64,000 nt of DNA from Mizuhopecten yessoensis. Lineage: Eukaryota. The stretch is from contig NW_018480066.1 of NCBI RefSeq assembly GCF_002113885.1, positions 651,786-715,785 on the forward strand, written 5' to 3'. The notes below the pieces were generated by a model. The model made no database searches, had not been told where the DNA came from, and was given only the letters and a program-made list of their open reading frames with translations. A program made the position numbers and the translations under genes. Every line of letters starts with the position of its first letter. Positions within the stretch are counted from its first letter, which is position 1. Below are positions 12,375 through 24,900 of the stretch, in pieces.

Positions 12375-14530
12375 GTGTCTCTTGAACCTCTCTCGAGTGG
12401 TGGCTGTGGCAATACTGTCTTGGAGGTTGTTCCAAAAACATGTGGTAGAAGGGGAAAAGGACTGCTGATGAGTTTGCATACGAGAGTCAGGCCTGGAAGC
12501 GTAGGCTGTGACCTCTGGTTGTTGTTGAGGCACTCCTAGCTATAGGTATCAAATGTGGCTGTGATATGGTATAGCCACTTGTCTGTTGATTCTGCAATGA
12601 TGATTCTGTACAACATTGTTAGCTTGGACTGCTGTCTACATTGTTGGAGTGTTTCCCACTGGAAATTCTTGAGCATAAACGACACACTGCTCATTGTTAG
12701 CTCACCTGCCCGAAGGGCAAGTGAGCTTATGTTATGGTGCGGCGTCCGTCGGTCGTCTGTCCGGCGTCAACTTTTTACTTTAAACAACTTCTTCTCAATA
12801 ACCAAAAGGCCCAGGGTACTGATATTAGGCCTGTAGGATGCTGGGATGAAGGGTTACAAAGTTTGTTCAAATAAATGACCTTGACCCAATTTCAAGGTCA
12901 CAGGGGTCAAATATGTTAAAATCTTCAAACAACTTCTTCTCAATAACCGAAAGGCCCAGGGTACTGATATTAGGCCTGTAGCATGCTGGGATGAAGGGCT
13001 ACCAAGTTTGTTCAAATGAATGACCTTGACCNNNNNNNNNNNNNNNNNNNNNNNNNNNNNNNNNNNNNNNNNNNNNNNNNNNNNNNNNNNNNNNNNNNNN
13101 NNNNNNNNNNNNNNNNNNNNNNNNNNNNNNNNNNNNNNNNNNNNNNNNNNNNNNNNNNNNNNNNNNNNNNNNNNNNNNNNNNNNNNNNNNNNNNNNNNNN
13201 NNNNNNNNNNNNNNNNNNNNNNNNNNNNNNNNNNNNNNNNNNNNNNNNNNNNNNNNNNNNNNNNNNNNNNNNNNNNNNNNNNNNNNNNNNNNNNNNNNNN
13301 NNNNNNNNNNNNNNNNNNNNNNNNNNNNNNNNNNNNNNNNNNNNNNNNNNNNNNNNNNNNNNNNNNNNNNNNNNNNNNNNNNNNNNNNNNNNNNNNNNNN
13401 NNNNNNNNNNNNNNNNNNNNNNNNNNNNNNNNNNNNNNNNNNNNNNNNNNNNNNNNNNNNNNNNNNNNNNNNNNNNNNNNNNNNNNNNNNNNNNNNNNNN
13501 NNNNNNNNNNNNNNNNNNNNNNNNNNNNNNNNNNNNNNNNNNNNNNNNNNNNNNNNNNNNNNNNNNNNNNNNNNNNNNNNNNNNNNNNNNNNNNNNNNNN
13601 NNNNNNNNNNNNNNNNNNNNNNNNNNNNNNNNNNNNNNNNNNNNNNNNNNNNNNNNNNNNNNNNNNNNNNNNNNNNNNNNNNNNNNNNNNNNNNNNNNNN
13701 NNNNNNNNNNNNNNNNNNNNNNNNNNNNNNNNNNNNNNNNNNNNNNNNNNNNNNNNNNNNNNNNNNNNNNNNNNNNNNNNNNNNNNNNNNNNNNNNNNNN
13801 NNNNNNNNNNNNNNNNNNNNNNNNNNNNNNNNNNNNGGCCTGTAGCATGCTGGGATGAAGGACTACCAAGTTTAATCAAATGAATGACCTTGATCCACTT
13901 TCAACCTGATGTCCTTGTTCGACATTCAAGGTCACAGGCGTCATATATGTTTAAATCTTTTTATAGGTTCTTATGAATCAAACACTGATATTCTGCCTGT
14001 AGCTGTATTTTAGTCCACTTTTAAGATTACAAGTGTGAGATTAATACCAGGTGAGCGATGCAGGCCCATTGGGCCTCTTGTTCTGTAATCTCCATAGACA
14101 AAACATGCAGCTCTCCTCTGGACCATTCTCTAACATGTAACGTTGGTATCCATCTATGTTAAAGGGTCCCAAATAACACAGGCTTAGTCTATAACTGGTC
14201 TGAACGTGGTCCTGTAGTACTGCTCTTTGATCGTGCTTGGGCAGGTGCTGATGTTTTGTCGTAGAAAGGCATTGATGTTATTAGCCTTCTTTGCTATGTT
14301 GTCTGTGTGGGGGGTCCAGCTTAAGTTGCTACTGATATTAAGACCCAAGTATTTAGCTGTTTATGCTAAGGCTAGTGGTACTCGATGGATGGTATAGGTG
14401 GGTATAGTGTCTTTCTTCTGTTATAATACCTCACATTTATCTGGGTTGAACAACATTAGCTAGCTGTCCTCCCACTGCTGCAAGCTGTTGAGGTCGTTTT
14501 GCAAATCTAACTTATCTCAGTCTGATGATT
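12375..14530 (-). mobile_element. Decayed CR1/L2-group LINE RT fragment interrupted by a HINE insertion
   Basis: After removing 12697-14082 the minus strand reads continuously MVQRRAACFVYGDYRTMSSVSFMLKNFQWETLQQCRQQSKLTMLYRII; upstream KYLG and RPVID.ACVIWDP motifs. Confidence 0.8.
12697..14082 (+). mobile_element. Non-autonomous Helentron (HINE/pearl-like) with internal tandem repeats; contains assembly gap 13032-13836
   Basis: 5' ttAGCTCACCTG with hairpin and a GTCC-type microsatellite; 3' subterminal inverted repeat CAGGTGAGC, palindrome aggcccattgggcct and ctcttgtt end; inserted at TT. Confidence 0.85.
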
Positions 14531-15924
14531 CAGGAGTTAAATTTGATGATGACTCTGATTTCTAGTGTCAGTATATGGGAAAAATTGAATTGAGTTTGAA
14601 ACTACTCATGTTTTTGGTATTGTTTGGTATAAAATTTGTCACTATTGAAAGCCACCAAAAAGCTTCCAAATTACACCATCCATTTTGAACCATAAAAAAA
14701 AAAGGAAACCCCTGGCATCCCGCCCCTCTCCCCGTCATCACTAACTTGACTCGGGCACGCCGCTATGCGGCGTGCATTGTAGCCTGCTACTTTTAACTAT
14801 CAACCTGGTATTTTTAAATTTGTGGAGAATACTGTCCTAGAGTCCTCTGGTGTTTTGGACTTCCTGTAGAATAACACAAAGTGATTACATGTATATTATA
14901 TTTCAATGCCAAACTTTAACCATCCTTCCATTCTGGGAGTGGATTCCTCCACCTCCCAATGGTTCCCATACAGAGGCTAAATACAAACATTTATAATAGG
15001 AAACAAAATGCACGTCTGTATTTTTAAACCCAGACATGAACCCACCATGTATTATCTTCACAATATTTATGTGTATGCATATGGTGGAGGTTTTATAGCT
15101 GTTCTGCTTGTTAGCTACAGTAACTCACCCAGACCACATCAGACTAAACTCAAGGCAGGTGAGGTGAGCAACAGGAGTTAAGTGACTTGCTCAACAAAGC
15201 AATGGCATCATGTCACCTGCATGAATCACACCTCTGACTTTATCAGGGGTCGGCATTAACTAGTCCGCTTGTCATGGACAAGCAGATTTTAGCAAGGTCT
15301 AGTGAATCACCTAACCTAACTGGTCCTTTGGACTTGGTAAAAATATGATCATAAAATAAGAACATATCTTTTTAAAATTTAGAAAACAGCTTAAAATAAA
15401 ATGTATTGCAAGCAAAAAAAGTTAATGTCTAACCCTGGCATGTATTAGAGCTTATACACTAGTGGCAGTGCTTTACATGTACTGCCATTTCTTTTAATTA
15501 GTAAATCAATAATTTATACAGGTAATTTAGTATGTCAACATTCTCCTTTGTAAGTCTAGCTAGATGATTGAATTTAAAAGTCAATTTTCATCGCCATCGT
15601 TCTCAGAAAGATTGACATGTTGTTTTATAAGGGCACAGCTGCAAATTATATTTTGGGTAGTAAGTTCATTGTTGTGTTTGTCGACATTGAATAATTGGGT
15701 TGGCTATATTACCTTCCGTATGATGTAGTTATGAAAGAATCTGAGGTTTATTATTTTTACGTTTTAACTTTTGTGATTCCTAAGAATTGTTCTTTGAGGC
15801 AGCATTAGTGAAGCAGAAAATGATTGTAGCCTGTAATATAGCTCACCTTTTACAGCAGAATGATTTAATATTTCAGGATTTTGTACACATGGCTGAAATG
15901 TGATCTCGCTACACAAGCAAGATC

Positions 15925-18900
15925 ATGAGTTGGTGGAATGCTAGCAGCTTCTCGGACCTTGCCTCTCAGGCAATCAAAAATGCACAAAAGAAAATTGACA
16001 AAGTTCTGGAAATTGATGAAGAAGGATTAAAGGAAACAAAACCATGTAAGACTTGGCAAAATAATAGATATTCAATAAGAATTTCTAGGAATGCAAATTA
16101 TGAGTAAATATTCTATCAGAGACAGTGGTAATTTGTATGTTTATAAACGATAGATCAAATAGCAAGCTACAGATATTCATGTAATCTCTAGATTTAATTT
16201 GTTAAATATGAATAGAATTAAATGTTGCACAGAATACAGCTATCCATATAATGAAATGTTTTGGAAAAGATAAGACTACATGTTGTGCCATAGGTTAGAT
16301 CTAAAATAGATATAATCTGTTGAAGAAGTGGTCAGTGAAGGACTGTTTTCAGATTTTAACTGTCTTATTTTTATTATTCTGTTCCTTACAGCTACCATTA
16401 ACAAACCTACAAAGGAAGAGACTTCTAAACAAGAAACTAAAGATGATTTCTGGAACACATGGGTACCTTCTCCCCAGTCTGAGGGGGCAGAGGGAGCAAC
16501 AGAGAAGGAGGGGGCTAGGAGCTCATGGTCCACTATGCCTTGGGGTTCAGTCCATCAAGATCTAGAACCCAAGAAAAAAACAAGTCCAACTTTACCAACC
16601 TCTCCTGAAAGCAAAGGAATGAAGCAGAAAGCATTAGATCCTATATCTACTACAGTGCAACAGTCTGGCGTCAGTAAAAAGGCAGGTCATAGTGCTAAGT
16701 CAGAGGGGAAAAGTTCAAAGCGAAGTACAGACAAGGTTACGAAAAATAGTTCTGACAATGATAGGAAAGCGGTAGGCAATATTCCAGTAGTGGAAAGTAA
16801 AGAAAAGGTGGAGAATTGGGATTCTTCCTCAGCCTGGTCTAGTGAACCACTGATAGCCTGGCAAGGTGAAGGTCAAGAGAGTGGTGCTGACCTTGATCTT
16901 GAAGGCTCACAACATGCATCATTTCAAGGTAAAGGCCAGGAATTAAGGCCTGACTCAAATTATAAAAAGCCAAATAAAGAAAACGAGGAAAGTTTGACAG
17001 ATCTTTGTCCTGGTAACAAGGAATTGAAGATGCTGGAAAAAGAGGATTCAAAAGGAGATAAAACAAAGGAATTATTACCAGAAGATAGTGATCAGACTAT
17101 AAGTAGCAAGACATTAGATAAGGATCTATCTGATTCACTATTGGATGATAAAAGTACTGACTGTAAAACAGACAAATCCAGTAGTATATCTGTGATAGAG
17201 TCTGTAGAAGGGGTGATTTCTTTCAGTGATGACAGTGATGGGAAATGTGACCAGTCCAGCAGTGTGTCACTCCTACAGACTGACTCAGGGGAGATGTTTC
17301 CATGTCATAGTGAGGGAATCGAGGACCACACAATAGATTTAGATAGTGTTGTGATTCAAACGAGCGAAACTCAAGATTCAGGGATGGCATCTTCTGTGAT
17401 GGACCATGAAGTAAAGGAAAGTCCAAATCCAGCAGATACGGGATCTGAATTGGTGATATGTGAAAACATTGACACTGAAAAACATGCAAGTGAAGGGAAA
17501 GATTCTGAAACACAAGATGATAAAGAAGAAGCCTTAAGTGAATCTACAAGTGACCCAGGTAGTGTTATGACAAAAATAGATTTGAAGGAAACTTCAGTTG
17601 ATGCAGACAATGTTCTTGCCCAATCCTCCATTTCCAGTGGGTCAGGTGAAGGCACAATGGAAGAGATTATTAAAGATCCTGGGGTTACTGAAATAGATGT
17701 GTTAGAAAGTTTAGGGAGCGTGCACAGCCCCTCAACTTGTAGTTCTTTGTGCTCATCAGACACTAGTAAACTGGACAGTAGCATGGACACACACACCTCC
17801 GAAGACACAGTGGTGGACAATCGAGGAGAGGACGAACGTGTAGGGGAGATAAGTCAGGAGGAAGAGATCAGTGCAGGGGAGGTAACTCCAGAGGAGGCTA
17901 GTTATAAGGAAGTAACTCAAAATACAATGTCTGGTTCAGTTCAAGTTTCTCAGCAGGAAACTGGTGGTCAGGATTTGGCAGAAATCCAAGATGATTCTCA
18001 TAAAATTACAGATAGCATGTTCAGTGTATCGTCAAGTAGTTCATATGTAAAGTGTATGATAGAAGAAGCTATGGAGGACAACAGCAGAAGTGAGGATAAC
18101 AATAGTGATTGTCATTCCACTGGAGGAGAGAAATCGGAGTGTTCTAGGAGCACCGGAGGACAGGAATCTGGTGATGATATTGACACCACAACATCATCGG
18201 ATATTGAAATAATTTCTACACCAAATTCTATAAATAATGGTGAACCCAACAAAATGGTGGATCTGTCACCACTGAAAATTGCATTACAGAAAACAGCTCG
18301 ACGTGAAAGTCCCACCCACAGAAGGACAGACAGTGCGTCAAGTTCCAGCACCCACAGCCGTGAAGGTCAAGGGGAACAACTGAGTCCTGGTCGAGACAGT
18401 CTGGAGGATGAAAGCCAGTATGGTGAGGACAGAGATCTTCCAATTGACAAGCAAAGTAAATTTTGCTTTTATTGTTACTTTGCTTTTGCTCTTTGCTTTT
18501 TTATTTTATTGAGAACGTTGTATAAAACATAATTATGAAAATGTAAAAACAACTTTTCATTTTTCTAATTTTTGTAATGAAATTGATATGATATGACTGC
18601 TACCTGATCACCAATGTACTACTGATCTGTAAATTCTTTAAATAGTTCCTCCTATAGTCCTTGGGCAATAGACACAAGTATTAACTTTGTACCAGATTTA
18701 ATAATGATGTCAGTTATACTGAATATGTTAACTTATTCTAGACAAATCAACAGGTAGTTAAAACAGTGTGTCAAATTCTTGTAACAAATTTGAAAAAGAA
18801 ATCAGAGTTGATGTAGACATTCATTATTTACACATTTTATTACAGGTAAGGGTCACTAATTTGTAGGATCGTTAATAATATTTAGAACAACTTTCTTCAT

Positions 18901-21900
18901 CTTTGCCCTACCATGTATATTAATCAATCTAGTGTCTACATGTACATACTACATTTGTGTTTGGTTCTATTTGTAGAGCTGGCTCCAGTCCGAGAGGAGA
19001 AGGGAGACCCTTATATGATCCCACAGAAAGTGTTGAAAGTAAGAATAAGTGGTATGGGTACAGGGGTGGGGATCCTATACAAACAACACAGGTGTGATTA
19101 GAGGTGGCACCGTCTCACGTCTCAGACACAGGCTGTGTATTTATACATGTACTGACACACGGTTTGTGTTGTGACACTGATATTTGGGGGCAGGCTTTCC
19201 GTCAATAGGGTTACTGGTACATAGGGAGCTGGTCAAGTGTAAAGAGATCTGTAATGCATGGGTATAAGTTATTTTGTTTGTTATGTTCATGACACTGTTT
19301 ATGTAGGTCATGGAATGTGAAGTAGTTGTATTGGAGTGTCTAACGTTTACAGGTGCATCTGAATGACTTAGAAGCTTCTTTCTTAATTTCATTATTTTGC
19401 CAATTACAGTACTAATTTTGTGTAAGCTTATAAGGCATGTAGTACCTAGGACCGAGTCTTTTTTTGTACCATATATACACCCTGGAGATCCCTACGCATA
19501 CTTGAACTATTATTTGAATTAAAATATAATTATGATGTCCTTGTTTCTTTGGTAAAATGTTTAGACTAGAACTCGAAAAACCTCTGTAACCTTTCATATA
19601 CACCTAACAGGGCTAGAAAATAAGCGTATACCGATAGTCTGGGACTAGTGAAATCTGCTGGACTAGTGGTCCTAAAAACCAGTAGTCCGGTTGACTAGTT
19701 AAAATTTGATATTACTATACTTATCATGTTGAATAATATTTGGTTTGTGGAATTTTCATATGGACTAGTTAAAGTGGAAACTACTAGCCTAACTGATTAC
19801 TGGTTTTGAAAATTATTTTCTTGTCGTGCACTTAATTGCTAACATTCAGGTTGAAAGAGTAACTGTATATGCCTGATAAATGCTAAGTTTGTTTTGAGCA
19901 CAAATGATAATTGAAGAGTTATATGGCAAGCTTTTTTAAAACAGCTATTCCTTTTTGTCAACCAAAGAGTGCAAATGACCGGTGTCTCCACTGGAAACCC
20001 CTTAAAACAGCTCACTTCATACATCTGCCTGAGATTCATTGATAAGTCATGATCATATACTTAAAAGCACAGATTATGATACATTTTAAAAGGTTATTGG
20101 TACTAGCATGTATATTTACATGTACGAGTTCTTGTGGTCTGTATATATATACAATGTATATCAATATCACATGAATGTATATATCTGTCTATACTGCTTC
20201 TTTAGAGGGACTCAATGTAGTCTACTTTGCCAGTCATACATATAGGTGTATATCATAGTTTGCTCTGAGGAAACTTTATATCTAGATCTTTAGACAAATC
20301 TTATTTTTAGTATTGAGAATTTTCAAAAAACTGAGACCTGACATTTTTTCTTGTTTCCCCATAGATAAAGTATTTTCTTGTACTGTCTCTAGCAGGGCTG
20401 CAACAATATGCATACCTTACGTTACGATGCCTATCATGGTATTTTTAAGCTTACGATTCGATATGTATCACGATACACATATCTGCTCACAGGTCAACTT
20501 CATAATTATTGAGTGCAGGATTTTACAGATTTGTCAGAGTTAATTATGTATGCATAGTAAATTGCTGTCAAAAGATATTTTCATATTTAGTACTTTTGCA
20601 CAGACGACCAATAAAAAAAGATTGATTATTTCAGTACTGTTAGTGTAATGCGATACAGGCAAAGGAAATGATTCAAAACGATACACAAGAACGTATCGCG
20701 ATACGATACGGTACAATATATTGTTGCAGCCGGAGTCTCTAGTGGATTTATGTGTGAAGGACAGTTATTTCTAGCTTCCACATTTCAGCCTTGAAAGTCC
20801 AATTGTGTTTTTTTTAAACAGTTACAGATAATTAGTGTGTGAAATAATTTTACACTCTATTCGTCTGCTAACAATATTTTTGTTAAAATATAATTATCTG
20901 CAGTTAGGGTCAGTGTAATGAATATTGTAAGTGACAGTCCATATATTTATTATCCTTTTTTTTGTGTTAACTTGTGAAAAGGTATGTGTGTTGCTATAAC
21001 CTTCAAATGGACATGTACTGAGTGTCCATATTACCTTGAATCCTGTACCTTTACTTCAAAGATCTTGGTTTAATATCAAAAGTAGTTCAAGCAATTTAAA
21101 GCATGTGAAGAACAATGTGTATAATATGCATAGTGCCATTGTTCTTGAATCAAATTTTTTCCCCTATTCAAATTTACTTTCCTTGTATTCATATATAAAT
21201 CTTTACAGTATTAGTTTTAGTCCAATTTTTTTTTTCCAGACCACTATATGGAAATACTTGTCTAGTGACGATACTGAAATTTATGATAGATACTAGAACT
21301 CGTCATTCCTGTTTTGCATCCTCTGCCATTGACCATTGCTCTGGTGACAAATCCACAAGCTTTAAATAGAACATTCTGATATATACAAAGTGTACACATA
21401 CCTAGTACTTTATTATCACATCATAAATCACATGATTTGCTTGTATTTAAAGAAACGGCGCCTTATGAGAGGATGTACTGTAAGTCTTGGAGTAGGGCTT
21501 GTTACCTTTTTAACCAGATATATGGGGGTAGAAGTTTCAAGATTGTAAGTCTTCTGAAAATTAGCAAGGTGTTACCCATGATAGGTTGAACTATATGCAA
21601 TCGATAAAATATCAGCTTTTGGGGAAAAATTGTCATTTTGAGTACAACAATCAAACTGATTCTTCCAGTATTGTATGTCTGTCCATTGCAATTATCACTG
21701 GGTCTTCTAGTTATCATCTTGTAGTCAAAGTTTTGATTGAACTTACAACTATTGGTCCCCTCTGCTTACTCAATAGGCTCTTCAAGAGTTAAAAGAACGT
21801 TCTGCGATATCATTGCCTCAGGGATCAAAGTGATTGAAAGGTTATGCTGTATCAAGTCTTAGAGAAATATCATTTGCGCTAGTGTATGTCATGTGATTAA

Positions 21901-24900
21901 CACTAATAACTTTCACAGCTTTGCCAGGTGTGATGAAACCACTTACCACTTACCTTTGGCATTGTTTGTTTCATTTGTCGTTAGTTTCATTACTTACTAA
22001 TTAGGCCATTGCATGTACCACAGAAAAAGAATTCAATATTGAAAGAGATAAATTACTCGTCAGTTACGAACTGATTATATTTGATAGAATGTTTTTATTC
22101 TTAATTTACTAAAAGTAACGGCGATGGTGAAGTAAGTCAATGTAGGTATACTAGCTGTTGTCATGAGACCAGCGTTACAGGACATGAAGGTGGTATCCTT
22201 AAGACTACTGGAAACAGTTCTAGGTGGTATCCTTAAGACTACTGGAAACAGTTCTAGGTGGTATCCTTAGGACTACTGGAAATAGTTCTAGGTGGTATCC
22301 TTAAGACTACTGGAAACAGTTCAAGGTGGTATCCTTAAGACTACTGGAAACAGTTCTAGGTGGAATCACAAACAAGTGACTAATTCTTCTTAATACAGCT
22401 ATGCTAGGTTGATTTTAGATGTATCAGCAAATTGATTAACCAATAATTATGTTTTAAATTCTGGTAAAAAGTAAACAATTGCTGGGTAAAAAATGAATGA
22501 AAACAGAACGAAACCTACTAAATATGTAACAGGAGAAAGAGAAATATTCGGTGAGACTGGGGTTCGAATCCGGGACCCTCCAAACTTTAGACGGACATTC
22601 CTCCATTCCTCCAACCTTTAACAAAGTGTTCAACCCCGAAGACACACAAGACCCTATACCACCTTCTGTGGGTATATTTCATGGGGCGCCAAATTTGTAA
22701 CAGGAGAAAGAGAAATGCATGGCCAGACCAGGGTTCGAACTCGGGACCCTCCAAACTCTAGATGGATGCTCTACTAATTGAGCAATCTGGTTTCCGACAA
22801 TCGACCCATGGCCAGTCCAGTTCCGACACAAATGTATATAAAGTCATTTTATTTTGCCCTTTTATTTGCAGTTTATAATGACTGCCATGTCATTGCATGC
22901 TGTTTCTCATAACACATACTTCGGACTTGACTAATGAAAATGAGTAAGAACATGAGTAAAAAGGTTTTCCAGTAAATGGTTCAGTAATTGAGAATTTATT
23001 GTGTATTTAGCAGAATACTTATAATCTTGAAACTGTTTCTCAGAGTTTCCCATTTGCGTACTTTAGTTCCATAGGACCTGTTCCAGACTGGCTATCAGTG
23101 TCTGTGATTATCACTTACATGTGTACTTCCCTATCTATATATTGACTTGAACAAGTCTACAGGCTATTGACCAGATATATAGATATATTGATCAACACAT
23201 ATTAGACTTGTTCATGTCTATAGAAAGGAAATCATCATATAGACTGTTAGCCAGTCTGGTCTTATTTGCTTAAGCTTCAAATTGAGGGTTGTTTTCAATT
23301 CTATAGATACATATATAGCTAGGTTGTTGGTTATTGAGATATGTTTTACGTTTCTTATTTACTGCTAATTATACTGTTGTTTAACCTACTGTATATACAA
23401 AAAGATACAATTGTTATAAAGTAGAAAGATTACAATTGTATAACCAAGTAAAGTACAATTGGTAGACTAGGTACAGTAAGATACAATTTTTAAACCAAGA
23501 TAAAAAACAATTGTTGAACTAAGTACAATAATGTACAATTGTTTAGCGAAGTACAATAATGTACAATTGTTTAGCCAAGTACAATAGTGCAAAATTGTTT
23601 AGCCAAGTACAATAATGTACAATTGTTTAGCCAAGTACAATAATGTACAATTGTTTAGCCAAGTGTAATAACTAGCTTGTTATGTCATATGAGTAACATG
23701 TAATCTAAGTACAATAATGTACAATTGTTTAGCCAAGTGTGATAACTAGCTAGGCTATGTCATATGAGTAACATGTAACCTAAGTACAATAATATACAAT
23801 TGTTTAGCCAAGTGTGATAACTAGCTAGGCTATGTCATATGAGTAACATGTAACCTAAGCACAATAATGTACAATTGTTTAGCCAAGTGTGATAACTAGC
23901 TAGGCTATGACATATGAGTAACATGTAACCTAAGCACAATAACATATATGAAAAGAAACTCGCTTAACAGTAGAACTTTTAAGAAAAAAATCAGTTCAAA
24001 TTTTATTTTATTTCGTAATGTTGAAAATAATTGGAAATCTTTAATTGATCTGGAATATGTTATGGACATTTCTACATTACTGGTATTATTCAATATTGAA
24101 ATTATCACTTGATACCAATTTATTTGGTTTTCTGTTTTATTTAGACATGCTATTATTATATAAACATTTCCAATATTTTCCTTAGGGATGATTCATGTAT
24201 AGTTTCCTACCTGGCTAATATGTGTTCTAGTATTTCTACAAGTATGGGGAAATTCACTACCCAGACATGCATGCTTGACCGCAACAATGTATTTTTCCAT
24301 TTAGTGTAGAAAATTTAATCAAAATTACCTATTTCTCACACTTATTGAAATCAACATTTAGGGACATAATTATCTTGTTTTCCAAAAAAAGTTGTGATTG
24401 TGGAGTCTGATAATTTCTTTTTGAATTAAGAGGTATTTCTTGAACTGAATTTTTTGAAGCCTCATAATTATCAGGGATTTATTAATTATACTTTGAAAAA
24501 TATCTAAATTTTTGTAAACTTTGAAATTACATTCACCATTTGTAAAAATAAATGTGAATAAATAAAAATCTGACTGTTCGATTGTAACCTTCCAATTGTT
24601 AGTTAAGACAATTTGATTTGATATTGATATTTATTTTAAAAGTTTCTATCACAATTTAGTCTAAAGGGTGTTAAGATCAACTATAAGTTGTACAGTGGAA
24701 CCTTGTTAGTCTTGACACTTTGGTGTCGGGGAAAATAAATAGAATTTAAAAGAATTAATATTTGCATTTTATTAGTGTTTGTGTTGCTGATCCTGAGGTT
24801 CCATTAATTATTATACCAAGGACTAATCTAAATCAGTTAGGCATAAGTGAGAATGAGGAGATTTAAACAGGTTTTTGATACAGTATTTCATAGAGATTTT

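Noticed and set aside
12854-13883. ORFs of 280-341 aa (also 44074-44824)
   Set aside because: Run through N gaps
16328-16391. Signal-peptide-like start and hydrophobic end (18456-18532) of the 734-aa ORF
   Set aside because: Intronic T-rich sequence outside the AG/GT boundaries of the TMF1 exon
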